Source: Paragordius varius (Eukaryota > Animalia > Nematomorpha). From it: a stretch of DNA of 64,000 nt. Numbering within the stretch: the first letter of the stretch is position 1; the number at the start of each line of letters is the position of its first letter. The stretch is taken from positions 11,346,001 to 11,410,000 of the forward strand of contig OZ176050.1 of NCBI GenBank assembly GCA_964247055.1, written 5' to 3'. Made by a program: the position numbers and the translations under genes. Shown one piece after another: positions 52,301 through 64,000 of the stretch. The notes beneath the pieces are model-generated. The model was not told the DNA's origin. It made no database searches and worked only from the letters and a program-made list of their open reading frames with translations.

Positions 52301-55300
52301 TTAATTGTAATTAATTACTAAATATTTTGGACATTTTAATAAATAAAGGTAAAAATTGCGGTTTTTAACAAATTTAGTAAAATTTTTTTTTTTTGTTTTT
52401 TTAGGTTTCGCATTGTTAATTGTAATTAATTACTACATATTTAGGACATTATAATAAATACAGGTAAAAATTGCGGTTTTTAACAAATTTAGTAAAAATT
52501 TAGTATTTTTGTTTTTTAGGTTTTTTGCATTTTTAATTTTAATTAATTACTATAATATTTTGGACCATTTTAATTAATAGAGGTATAAAATGAGGTTGTT
52601 TTTATATTTAGTAAAAATTTAATTTTTTCTTGTTTTTATTTAATATTGTTAATTGTAATTAATTACTACATATTTGGAAATTTTAATAAATACAGGTGAA
52701 AATGGCGGTTTTTAACAAATTTTAAATGTAACATTTTTTGTATTTTGTATCATTGTTATTTACTTAATTGCTAAATTTTTTGGACATTTAAAAAACTGAT
52801 GTAAATTGCGGTTCTTAATAAATTAGTTTTATTCAACCTTGCTAATTTTATCACTATATATTTGTGAAACATTGATATATACAGGTAAAAATTACTATGA
52901 TTTGTGGTTTTTTAAATTTTTTAAAATATTATTTTATTTGTTTTACAATGATAACTATATATATTAAATATAGTTAACATATCTGAGCATGTAAAAATGC
53001 ATGTTACGGTTTTATGTTTGACATTTTATTTTCCAAATCAACTATTTATATTTTAACAAACACCTTATGTCACCAAAGATTGACAATAAGATCAAGATAT
53101 ATACATCTTTTAAAGTATCTGAATATCGCCAAATATAAATAAATTTATTTGAATTATAAATGTATAATTATACAAAATATTCATAATATTATGTTTGAAA
53201 CTAACATTCTTCTTATTGATATTTATACAGGTGATATACGATGCGGTGTGAGTTCATGATGATCATATAGATTGAAGAATAGTATAAGATGCAATTAAAT
53301 GAAAATAATCCTGATTACCATCATTTTCTAGGTAGATTCTAAACTAAAATATAAGATAATTAATATTTTAGAAAATTGATGCCTATTTCTAGAAGAATTT
53401 TCAACATAAATTGGGGGCTAAAACATTCAAAGTTTGAAAGAAAACTAAATAAGGTTGACTTGGCTTTTTAACAACTAAATTTGCAAAAAAATATTTTTTT
53501 CAAGATAAAAAATTCAAAATGATACTTTATGTTTTGTTCGTTCTACCATCCTAAACTATAAATATGAAAAGGCTTATATGATTTCACCATACCAATGACG
53601 TCAAATAGAAAATAGAAACAAATATTTATTTTCAAAGGCTTTGAATGCAACAGCACTCCAAAAACTAAGCAGGCAACACTAACATTGCTTGCTTTGGTGA
53701 AGAATAGTTTTTTATATTTATAGTTTAGGATGGTAGAACGAAAAAAGTATCATTTTTGAATATTTTATCATGAAGAAAATATTTTTTTGCAAATTTAGTT
53801 GTTAAAAAGCCAAGTCAACCTTATTTAGTTCTCTTTCAAACTTTGAATGTTTTAGCCCCTAATTTATGTTGAAAATACTTCTATAATCCAGGTATCAATT
53901 TTCTAATATATTAATTATCTTATATTTTAGTTGATAGAATCTACCTAATTGAAATTTCTGGATTATCTGCATTTAATCTTCAATCTATATGATCATCATG
54001 AACGCACACCGCATCGTATAACAATTCTAAACAAATTACCTGTATTAATATCAATAAGAAGAATGTTAATTTCAAACATAATATAATAAATATTTTTTAT
54101 AATTATACATTTATAATTTAAATAAATTTATTTTATTTGGCGATATTCAGATACTTTAAAAGATGTATACATCCTGATCTTATTTTCATTCTTTGGTGAT
54201 ATAAGGTGTTTTTTAGAATATAAATAGTTGATTTGGAAAATAAAATGTCAAACATAAAACCGTAACATGCATATTTACCTACTCAGATATGATAACTATA
54301 TTTAATATATTAGTTATCAATGTAAAACAAAAAAATAATATTTTACAAAATTTAAAAAACCGCAAATAATAGTAATTTTACCTGTATATTCAATGTTTCA
54401 CAAATATATAGTGATATAGCAAGGTTGAATAAAAGATTTGAAATTCGTTAAAAACCGCCATTTTCACCTGTATTTATTAAATTATTTCCAAATATGTAGT
54501 AGTTAATTACAATTAACAATGCAAAACCTAAAAAACAAAAAAAACTAAATTTTTACTAAATTTGTTAAAAAGCGCAATTTTTACCTGTAATTATTAAAAT
54601 GTCCAAAATATGTAGTAGTTAATTACAATTAACAATGCAAAACCTAAAAAACAAAAAAGACTAAATTTTTACTAAATTTATTAAAAACCGCAAATTTTAC
54701 CTGTATTTATTAACAATGCAAAACCTAAAAAACAAAAAAAAAACTAAATTTTTACCAAATTTGTTAAAAACCGCAATTTTTACCTGTATTTATAATAATG
54801 TCCAAAATATGTAGTAGTTAATTACAATTAACAATGCAAAACCTAAATAACAAAAAAAAAACTAAATTTTTAGGAAATTTATTAAAAACCTCATTTTTTA
54901 CCTGTAATTATTAAAATGTTATGTAGTAGTTAATTACAATTAAAAATGCAAAACCTAAAAAAACAAAAAAAAACAAAATTTTTACTAAATTTGTTAAAAA
55001 CCGCAATTTTTACCTGTATTTATAATAATGTCCAAAATATCTAGTAGTTAATTACAATTAACAATGCAAAACCTAAAAAACAAAAAAAAACTAAATTTTT
55101 ACTAAATTTATTAAAAACCGCATTTTTACCTGTATTTATTATAATGTCCAAAATATGTAGTAATTAATTGCAATTAACAATGCAAAATCTAAAAAACAAA
55201 AAAAAACTAAATTTTTACTAAATTTGTTAAAAAGCGCAATTTTTACCTGTATTTATTATAATGTCCAAAATATGTATAAATTATTTACAACTAACAATGC

Positions 55301-57359
55301 AAAACCTAAAAAACAAAAAAAAACTAAATTTTTAGGAAATTTATTAAAAACCGCAATTTTACCTGTATTTAATATAATGTCCAAAATATTTAGTAATTAA
55401 TTACAATTAACAATGCAAAACCTAAAAAACAAAAAAAAAATTTTTAGGAAATTTATTAAAAACCGCGATTTTTACCTGATAAAAATAATGCAAAACATAA
55501 AAGTCAAAAATCTAAAATCCATTTAAATTTTCACAAATATATATTTACCTGTGTTATTAGTAATAACAAGTATATAAAATTATAATACTAATATTGATTA
55601 ATACAGGTATTTAGCATGTTGAAAAATATTTATTATTAATAAGAATAATTAACATAAAATATCTTAAAATACGTATTTTACTATTTATTAATTTATCAAA
55701 GATAAAAACCCACAAAATTCCGCATCTAAATACGTAACAACAATATTACAAATGTTAACTAATTTGCTATAATATTCTCAAAATTTAACATTACAAAATA
55801 TCCATCAAATTATAAAGCCTATGTTAATTCTCACGTCAATCTTCTTTCATATGTGTACTGCGAAATAATTTCGTGGGTCAGTATTTTACGCTTTTGATAA
55901 ACCATTTATGTTATTTGGCAGGCAATAAAATTACTTAACATACATTAAAATGCATACTGTATTTATATGATTTAAATAAAAGTTAAAAATTTACCCAAAT
56001 CAAGAATTTAACTTTTTTTTATTATCTACGAAAGGCACTCATTACCCAAACATGTTAAAGAAAATTTTGAAAAAGCATGGAAACTTGCGCCATCATCAGC
56101 CAAAAAATTGAAGCACTCAGAAAATTCTGGAGCCACAAACACAGATTCAATCACCAATTATAATTTTGATATGATGGATAAATTTGTCCACTCACATGAT
56201 GTTGAAGAAAACACCGCAAATGAGTAGGCTTTAAATTTCATTTTTGTCATAAAATGTAAATTTAAATTGGTTTTTATAATTTTTTCCCTTATATTTGACG
56301 TTTACAATGTTTAGAGATTCGTATGTTAATGAAAGCGTTGAAAACTATCCCTTTATATTTGGTACAAACCCTTGCCGAATTCAATTTATGTCATATAATA
56401 TCACTGTTTTTCGCTCTGATCTCATGTGTAAAATGTTAAGAAATGCCATACATTTACCCAATCTCAATGATTCTGACTATATCAATAATAATTCAACAAT
56501 CATGTGCGAAACTGGGGATGATATTACATTAAATGATAACATACTAAATGGTTCAATAGCACCCAACGAAGTTAATAAAATGTCAGAACAGGTATTTCGT
56601 TCTTACAAAAAATATTTAATTACTTTTTTAACAATCAATATGTTTACCGTCTGTCCATATAATGCTTTGAAAACATTTATTTTTCTAAGTGAAATGGGTT
56701 TAATTTTAAGTGATAGATATCTATACATTTACTTTTAATACGTAATACTCTTATTAAATTTTTACTGTGCTATATAAAAAGATAAATTTGCATTTGTAAT
56801 ACTATTACTTAACACAGACAAGATTTATTATCACATTATTAGCTGGCCTACACTATTTTAAGTCAATCTCATTTAAATCCTTTGCCACAACTAAGTTGTC
56901 CCATCATCCCAAACTTGGATCATAGTTTGGGTTTATATCCTTTACCCGATTTAGTTATTGTAGCTGATAAATATTTGCCTTACACATACAGTTCAACACA
57001 CCATAATGCGTTTGTGGTGAATCCGGTATGTAATTTACAGATTTTTATTTTTTATTCTTGGAAATTTTTTGCCTTAAATATTTTTTTTTAAAAAAGGTAT
57101 TTTTAGGCAAACATAATTACTTTCAATGATGTTATCATATACTGCTGCCTATTTATATTTTTTTTTAAATTTTTTTGGAATCATACCAAATATATTAAAT
57201 AATTTAATTATCAAAAAGAATTTATGATACTACATATATGTGTCGTTTTTTACATTTTTATTTTAAAATATATTTTAGGGATCCTTTGCCAAAAACCGAT
57301 TCTCATTTAAAGTGTATTATCCATATCAACATCGCATAGAAGATAGTCAAATACCATAA
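46351..57359 (+). CDS. POLE2: DNA polymerase epsilon subunit 2 (B subunit), 13 exons, predicted 651 aa
   Basis: Exons 46351-46412, 46436-46609, 46632-46709, 47306-47471, 49474-49614, 50291(or 50288)-50412, 50843-51050, 51241-51397, 51538-51655, 56035-56223, 56315-56591, 56843-57025, 57279-57359 sum to 1956 nt with all phases compatible. Recognisable motifs: LEDPTGHVEL, FVLAEGYF..FH..AIGFPP, FVILSDIFLD, FIMCGSF, TNPCRIQF, LYPLPDLVIVADKY, NPGSF..NRFSFKVYYP. Confidence 0.93.
46413..46435 (+). other. 23-nt GT-AG intron (POLE2 intron 1)
   Basis: GTTTTACTAATATTTAAATATAG; contains an in-frame TAA; removal gives ...NIK-S-DAMDVL in frame. Confidence 0.75.
46610..46631 (+). other. 22-nt GT-AG intron (POLE2 intron 2)
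   Basis: GTATTTAATTTTAATATTTTAG; retention stops at TAG 46629-46631; removal gives ...KTK-K-QAPLMVVDAF in frame. Confidence 0.78.
47701..48827 (+). mobile_element. Non-autonomous Tc1-like element, copy 3, inside POLE2 intron 4
   Basis: TA-CACTGCTCAACAAGGTTTTGCACC ... GTCCAAATTTGTCGAAGTG; near-identical to the reverse complement of 3850-4982. Confidence 0.85.
49615..50290 (+). other. U12-type (minor spliceosome) intron, POLE2 intron 5
   Basis: 5' splice site ATATCCTTTT is a perfect U12 consensus, placed exactly where homology ends (SET|). A U12-like branch site TTTACTTAAC lies at 50243-50252. No GT-AG solution keeps the frame. 3' end at 50290 or 50287. Confidence 0.8.
52185..52760 (+). repeat. 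~117-bp tandem repeat, about 5 units (left arm)
   Basis: Repeated ...CATTGTTAATTGTAATTAATTACTACATATTTTGGACATT...ACAGGTAAAAATTGCGGTTTTTAACAAATTTAGTAAAA... units. Confidence 0.9.
54440..55480 (-). repeat. ~117-bp tandem repeat, about 9 units (right arm)
   Basis: The CAAAACCTAAA anchor recurs near 54522, 54638, 54719, 54837, 54949, 55068, 55185, 55300 and 55416; spacing 112-119 bp, with one shortened unit. Confidence 0.9.
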
Positions 57360-57615
57360 CGTTAATATATGTGAAACGACAAATAATTATAATTCAAAAA
57401 TTTATTTATCTTATTACAATAAATATAGTATTGTCTAATGAAATAAAAAATAAAGTCAATAATTATTCATGATATTATATAAATAATAATAATATATTCA
57501 TTTGCAACATCCCCAAGTTAAAATAATGTTACAACATAAAAACTGAGCACCGATGATGTAATATTAAAATTTCCCTTTTATACTTTGTCAACGAAACCCC
57601 AAAATTAGTTTGTTT

Positions 57616-60600
57616 CTATACAATATTTTTGGGGCTGTTTTCATAAAAATTGTGTTGTGGTATAGTGCTTGTACAAATAGGTGGTGATAATAAATTGTTT
57701 GTTGGTGTTTCGGAATACGGTGAAAAATTTATTGCCTGATTATATTGATTCGCATTTATATTGCTGGAAAGGTCTGTACTATTTAGATTATATGAGGGTG
57801 TTGTTGGTAGGATATTTGGGTTTGGTGGTAAATAAGTAGTGTTATCTAGAACGTAAATTAATCTTGAGTGAAATATCAAGTTTTTTTAGGAACTATTATT
57901 AAATTCCAAAACTTTATTAGGCTGTTTTCAGCAAATGTTTGTAAAATTAATATTTTAAATGAAACTATACAAAAGCAAATGAAGTTTAATTATAGCATGG
58001 CACATTAAAATTATATAATTGAAATCATGTCTCTAATTTTTTTGCAAACAAGCATTTTAAGGTAAACCTCAAAACACTTGTTTTTAAGATTTTATAATAA
58101 ATTTACATTTATCTTAGGTTAGAAGCAAATCTAATTCATGAATTACCCATTTTAAAAAAGATAAAATCGGAAAAAGTAATATACCAAGATAGGGATACAT
58201 GATAGGCTGATTTATATTATCTGAGGAGAGTGGTTGTTGATAATACATATACTGCATGTTATTTGGGTAATTGATATGATTCATCATGTCTAATGCTCCC
58301 GTGTTAGAGACGACTATTAAATATTTGGAAATGACATGTAAGTACATTTTCTTGGGTATAAATTAAATTAAGGGGATTTAAGAAGTTTTTCAAATAAAAA
58401 GAAAATACTGTCAATTTATGTAATAGACAAAGTTTTTTAATCTTAAAAATATAATTATATGATTGTAGTTGTAAAATATGGTGTTAAAACATAAATCGGT
58501 TAGTTAAACTTTTAAATCAATAATTTAAAACCGTATTCATAGACATTATACGGTAAAAATTAAAGAAATGATTTAACTTGGATTTTACCCTTTTATACAG
58601 TATGAGTAAATATACACTGCTAATTTTTCATTAAATATTGCCAAATAGCAGATACAGATTATTATTGGGTAATAAATAAAACAAGCTATTTACATTTATT
58701 CATACCGTAATTGGTATTCACATTAATTTGGTAACAATAAATTTAGTAAGAAAAATGAGGTTTTTACAAGTATTCGCAAGTATATTAAATATAAATATAT
58801 ATATACATACTGGGTGCAATCGTTGCAATGGTGTTGATATCGCCTTGTTTTAATTGTGACGCATTTAAAGGATCACCTATTATATGGATATTTATATCGT
58901 AACCAAAAAAATATTTTATATAAGCATATATTATGCCTTTTTTAACTCAATATATTCAAAAAAACCATAATTAAACAAATAGAAAAGGTCGAAATGATTA
59001 AACTTTCACACCACTTTTAGTGTTATAAAGTTACCTCCAGGTGGTATGGGTGTGTGTGAATTAGTAGTTAAATGTTCTTGTTGAAGTCGAATTTCTAACA
59101 AAATCTTTGGCAAAAATTTTGCAATTTTAGCCCAAGTCTGTTCTTTCAAGATGGGATCTGATGCGAAAATACCCGAGGTGTCCATAACTAACAACATATT
59201 CTTTAGGGTTTCTGGAATAGCTTCAATCTAGGTTTATTTATTTGAAATTTTAATAATTATTTTTGACATTATAAATAATCCTACACCACAGTAAAAATAT
59301 TTTTATTTCGCTAATTACAGAGTCAATAAACCACATAAATTGCTTTATCTAAAAAACCAGGTGGGTACTAAAATTATAAGTTTTAACCTATTCATTACTT
59401 AGGCTTAGGTTTTTAACCGGTGTAAAAAAAATAACCGAGTCAGTCATGATCGAAATCAGTCATTTATTCACAATAGGAAATACATGTTGTAACTATAAAA
59501 AAATCAATTGCAAACACACTTAATGAATTGCAAATAAGATGGATAACTTTTTTAGAATATCACTAATTTAAAAAATTTAAATTTGACATTAAATTATATT
59601 TTTTTCCTATAACTAATATTTTTATAGGCAGTCACGATCATGATTTCATTTATAATAAAATTTAAATTTAACAATCTATCTATTTTATACCAACATATCT
59701 GCGGACACAGGTGTCGAACTACCCGTTGTTTCATTTTGCATGACATTTTTATCAGTTAACACATCACCACCGGATTTCGCTGTTTGTTGAGCATTGTTAG
59801 ATGGAACATTTGAATTCACGCTAAGCAAACTAGCCTTATAAAATTGTTCCAAATAGCCTAGAATACCCATCCATATAAAGGTAAAAGCTTCATCTTTAAC
59901 GCTTTTTTCGCATGTTTCAGTTTCACCGGTAATACCGTGATCATTAGCTGATATTTCAATAGGTTTTTCTTCTATATGATAAAAAAATTATAGGAAAATA
60001 AGGGTGCTAACCACTCAATATAATTTTATATTAGAAATGAATGTGGTTACCCGAATATAGAATGTTTAGTTTTTGCAAAAATATTTTGCATAATATGGTA
60101 CAAGCCTTGTGTTTACACTCCTCCATATTGCTAGCCATGATTTTCCACTGATTTCCGCCTTGATTAAAAAAAAATGATTGAAAAATAAGTTAAAGTTAAA
60201 TTATTTTATTTACCCCGATTTTTAGCCATTTTCTCGGATTTCAGCGCATGGATATTACGGACATAGAAATCCATTAAGGGAAACAATATCTTTATATTAT
60301 AAATAAACAATATATAAATATATTCATTAAACATCAAAAAATCAATGTTTGTTTTTAAGATTCAATATTATCAAGATAAATAAAAATTGTGCCCAGGTTT
60401 TTACTCGATCATTCCATTGTTTTAATTTTTTTAATTTATCGTCAAAGAACAAAGCAAAATGCATTATATAAACTCACCTTAGTAGAATATACTAAATGTT
60501 ACTAGAATAAAGTTTTACCAATAATATTACATATAAACGTAAGTTAAAAATATAGATATATAACTTGAATAAAGCATTCTTCCCATTCACGCTTTCCGAG

Positions 60601-63600
60601 ATATTCTTGTAAATCCGCAGATAACAAAGCCCTCTGAAGGTAAGAAAGTGATGTTATTTTTACCTGTTTTCGTTTGTCGCAACACATGCGACATAATCCT
60701 AACAACAATAAATGTATATTATAAACAGATTTTGAGTAACTTTCTAGAAAAATCTATTTAATAACATATCAATCAATAAATTTATTACGTTATTAAAATT
60801 AACCAAAACCAAACATATTTTTTACGAATATATGATAAATACCTTTAAAAAGTGGTTTCCAAACGCAAGGCCATATAAAAGATTGGATCCATGTTATTTT
60901 ATCCGGTTCGAGGCTTTGTAGAACGTCCCTCATATACGAAGGCAATCGCGATAAAAGAGATTTATGACTCTCAGAAAGCGTGGGTGCTATTGTGTTAGGC
61001 ATGAGAATTGTCGCATTTTCACGCATAATTATTAACATATCTAGCAGCTAGAGAGCAAAAATAAGTTAGTTTTTAGAATAAAAATATGGGTAAATATTAT
61101 GTTAACGCTATTATTGTAATAAATAAAGTGATATATATTCAGCAATACGGAAATGTATTTTAAATCTAAATTTTTGATTATTGGGATAATAATAACATAT
61201 GTATATTATATATATATTAGAATGTATATTCCTTTAATTTTTATGATTGATAAAATTTACACGTAGAAGAGGCGTAGCTTGCATTTCTGGTGCGCCCTCC
61301 CCATCCATGTATTCCCTTGCATTTTAAAAAAATAATCAAATTCAAACTGTGGTCATGAACACTCATAAATGAATGATTTTTTATGTATTATTCGAAATAA
61401 TAACTTTTAAATACCTATTTGTTTGAAATAAAATTAAAATTTTTTTAAATCCGGCGTCCCTTCAACTATGGCGCCCGGTGTATCAGACCCCCATTATTCC
61501 CCTAGAGACGCATCTGCTCGTAATTACACTAAATAAAATCCAAATTGCAGAATTTACATATATATCATGTACCGAAAATTTTGGATATAGATATAATTTA
61601 AAAGAATTCAATTACCCTTTTATTAATCTAAAAATTATATAATATGTTTTATCACCTGGTAGTAAACTTGTTCATATTTTTCTCCAGAAACATTTTCGAG
61701 TTTAATCGGCGATGCTCTCTCTTTATTTTTGACATATTTTGCATTTGATCCTATGTATCAAAAATTTTGGTAATAAAAAGTTAAGTTATTATTAGCTTTT
61801 GAAAAAATTTTATTTTTATATATATTTTACAATTTATTTAAAAGAAACCAAAAAATATTTACCTTTTCTAGATATTTTGGGTTCATCTGAACTCAAAATA
61901 TCACATTCTGAATCACTTTCTCCGCTGGCATCCTCGGCAGATGTATATTGATTTTTTAAACCCATGGAATGGGGCGATTGAGTTGCTAATAATTATTTGA
62001 AGAGCGTAAAAATATTTTATATATTTTATGAAACACAACTTGGTAAAAAAGCGATCATAGTCAAACTCTTTCGAAACTTCTACTGGAATGACATATTTAT
62101 AAAATTGACTTTTTTCCTCTATGTATTTATGATAAAGAGACAAGAATAATATTTACATTAACAATTATTTAAATTTAGAGCCATATTTTATTAGTTTTTA
62201 CCTAATAAAATATAACCTTTTCTATAACATAAATGAATATTTCCATTGTTTTTGACAAATAGTAGTATAACTATTTCAAATTTATCAATACCTATGGGGT
62301 TATTGTTTTGAATCATTGTTGAAGCATTGGATTTATTTAGATGGTTGTGGCCATAATTTGCATCGACATGATTGGTGGGCAAATGTTCCATTTCATAATA
62401 ATACCAAATTCCCAAAGGTTTGTTAAATATGCTATCAGCTAAAATAGGAAGTATAGGGCACTAATTCAAAATATGAGCCTAAAAATAAAAGGCTAATATT
62501 TTTTATAAGGGTAACAATATTTTAAACCACGATAAATTATGCAACCCGCAAAAAATTTAAAAAAACTACCAAATTTTAAAATAAAAAAATACTACTCACA
62601 AAATATAAGTAAAATTGATATTTCTTAAACAGATATTCCAAATACGTGTCTTCATTTGGAAATGAAATAGTAAAAATTGTTAAAAGATATAGTAACTTAA
62701 TATTTATAAAGTATGTTTGTTTGAAATCTAATAAAATATTTGTAAAATCCCATATATTTTTTAAATCCCGTTTTAAACCCTTTATATTTATCCTTTGGGT
62801 AAGGAATAGAGATGTTAATTTGTAAAACTCAAGTTTTTATTTCACATTTGTATTAATATAGATTAATTGTACAATTTCACAAGAATCATAAAATATGGTT
62901 TTCTTTACAAAAAATATTAGTTTTTTATTTTTGTATTTTATCTTAACAATTTTAATTGATTGTAAATATACATACAATTATCAAGACTATCCTCTGTTGC
63001 AAATGAGGCACGTTTATATGCACACAAAAATTGCGATACAGAACCATTAATTTCTATTCCCAATTTATCGCTTTTGTGTTTATTGGTGGTGTAGGGAAAA
63101 TCACTAACAACATGTTTACTGCCAGTGTGGAATTTTAAGCGTTTCCCTTTTGAAAGCACAAAAAAATATGCTGTTAACGTTAAAAATGGGGTACAAATAT
63201 CGATGTGAAATTAGGTTTTTTACAGGTAAAAAATGAAAACCGATCGATGACCGCTTAAAATACAGTCCTTAACGGTAACCAATCGATTAGTACCACAGAT
63301 GTAATTAAGTGTTTTAAATAAATAAAAACGAAACGGAATTAACCAAAATATTTCGTTTTAAATGTTAAAATATAAATAAAAATGACAAATGTTAATTAAA
63401 TCTTTTTACTTTTTTTTAACCTAGATTGTAAATAAGCGTCAATATTTATTACATTACACAATAAACCCATTAACATTTTTTGAAAAATTATTTTTGAGTA
63501 TAATCAACAGTCAATGCATTAATAACCGGTTAAATCCGGTCTAGAGATCGAAACATTGCATTAATTACCTTTGATGTACGTTTCAACGAAAACTAAAAGT

Positions 63601-63973
63601 GTATGTACGACCAAAAAATAATTGTTGGTTGTTAGTGTGTGTGTCACGATAAACGTCAATATTTCGCAACATTTCGTAAATGAAAAAACGTGATGCGGTT
63701 TAAGTCTAACGCGGACCGTATTAAAATCACTGGGTTGGCGATTTTGAAAATCGGGTGTACCAATGCGTTGAATTACTTGCTGATTAATAAATGATGATGG
63801 GAAGGAATAAGGTTCAAGTTGATTCTAAAATAAATTTAACAAATTTATTATAATTAAAAGTTTAGTAATATACAACTATATAGAAGGGAACAATAGGGTT
63901 GAACAATAATTTAATACCTTTTCCACGAAATACCATTCATCTCTTTTGCTATTATCCTCGGATGATGGTTGTG
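57616..63973 (-). CDS. GBF1: Golgi brefeldin A-resistant Arf guanine-nucleotide exchange factor 1, 3' part (5' exons outside window)
   Basis: Exons (minus): 63973-63918, 63824-63569, 63170-62976, 62438-~62201, ~61985-61863, 61750-61656, 61047-60843, 60698-60565, 60289-60214, 60158-60051, 59971-59691, 59227-59035, 58876-58811, 58313-58185, 57845-57616. Motifs match the GBF1 HDS region: KCCEILTFIV, LLVFVET, Q|LLDML, W.PLFKGLCRMCCDKRKQVKITSLSYLQRALLSADL...EWEECF, ILFPLM, ACTILCKIFLQ, EAIPETLKNMLLVMDT, TWAKIAKFLP. Boundaries between 62438 and 61985 are uncertain. Confidence 0.9.
61268..61516. mobile_element. Degenerate MITE with CAGGGGCGTAGC-type termini, in a GBF1 intron
   Basis: AGAGGCGTAGCTTG ... 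CCCCTAGAGACGCATCTG, with GC-rich subtermini (GGCGCCC); flanks CACGTAGA and CTCGTAAT are only partly similar. Confidence 0.45.
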
Positions 63974-64000
63974 CTATAAAAATTGAATATAAATAAACAT

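Larger units (their letters stand above)
51713..55959. mobile_element. Foldback-like palindromic DNA transposon (4247 bp) in POLE2 intron 9
   Basis: TA-CAGTATGCATTTTAATG ... CATTAAAATGCATACTG-TA. Arm 51713-~53570 is the reverse complement of ~53707-55959 throughout; unique spacer of ~136 bp; each arm contains a 117-bp tandem array. Confidence 0.92.

Noticed and set aside
54440-55480. Regularly spaced repeats that could be mistaken for a CRISPR array
   Set aside because: The whole 117-bp unit is repeated with no unique spacers, the context is eukaryotic and there are no cas genes.
59398-59410. TTAGGCTTAGG telomere-like motif
   Set aside because: Fewer than two full units; not significant.
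61913-62143. Track ORF MSLYHKYIEEK... as a GBF1 exon
   Set aside because: It ends in a stop without a donor. The GBF1-compatible reading (TQSPHSMG...SGESDSECD) is in a different frame, starting at 61985.

Overview
Very AT-rich eukaryotic DNA (roughly 25% GC by eye), most likely from an invertebrate animal; the species cannot be named from sequence alone. I can support three protein-coding genes. (1) A two-exon SoxC (Sox4/11/12 group) gene on the minus strand (16045-19746, predicted 1138 aa), lying in a transposon-littered gene desert. (2) A complete 13-exon POLE2 (DNA polymerase epsilon subunit 2) on the plus strand (46351-57359, predicted 651 aa). (3) The 3' part of GBF1 (Arf-GEF) on the minus strand (57616 to the window end), convergent with POLE2. 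The splicing of POLE2 is the most unusual feature. Its first two introns are only 23 and 22 nt (GT-AG, needed to keep the reading frame). Intron 5 is a U12-type intron with an ATATCCTTT donor whose in-frame acceptor is AA rather than AC. Intron 9 is almost entirely a 4.25-kb Foldback-like palindrome carrying internal 117-bp satellite arrays. Non-coding DNA holds several Tc1/mariner-type MITE families (TA target sites), three copies of a 1.1-1.4 kb Tc1-like element, a hAT element with a perfect 8-bp target-site duplication, Charlie-type hAT MITEs, RTE LINE 3' fragments and (TA)n microsatellites. I found no rRNA, tRNA or CRISPR array. All exon structures were derived by hand from splice signals, frame and remembered homologue sequences, and need RNA-seq confirmation.
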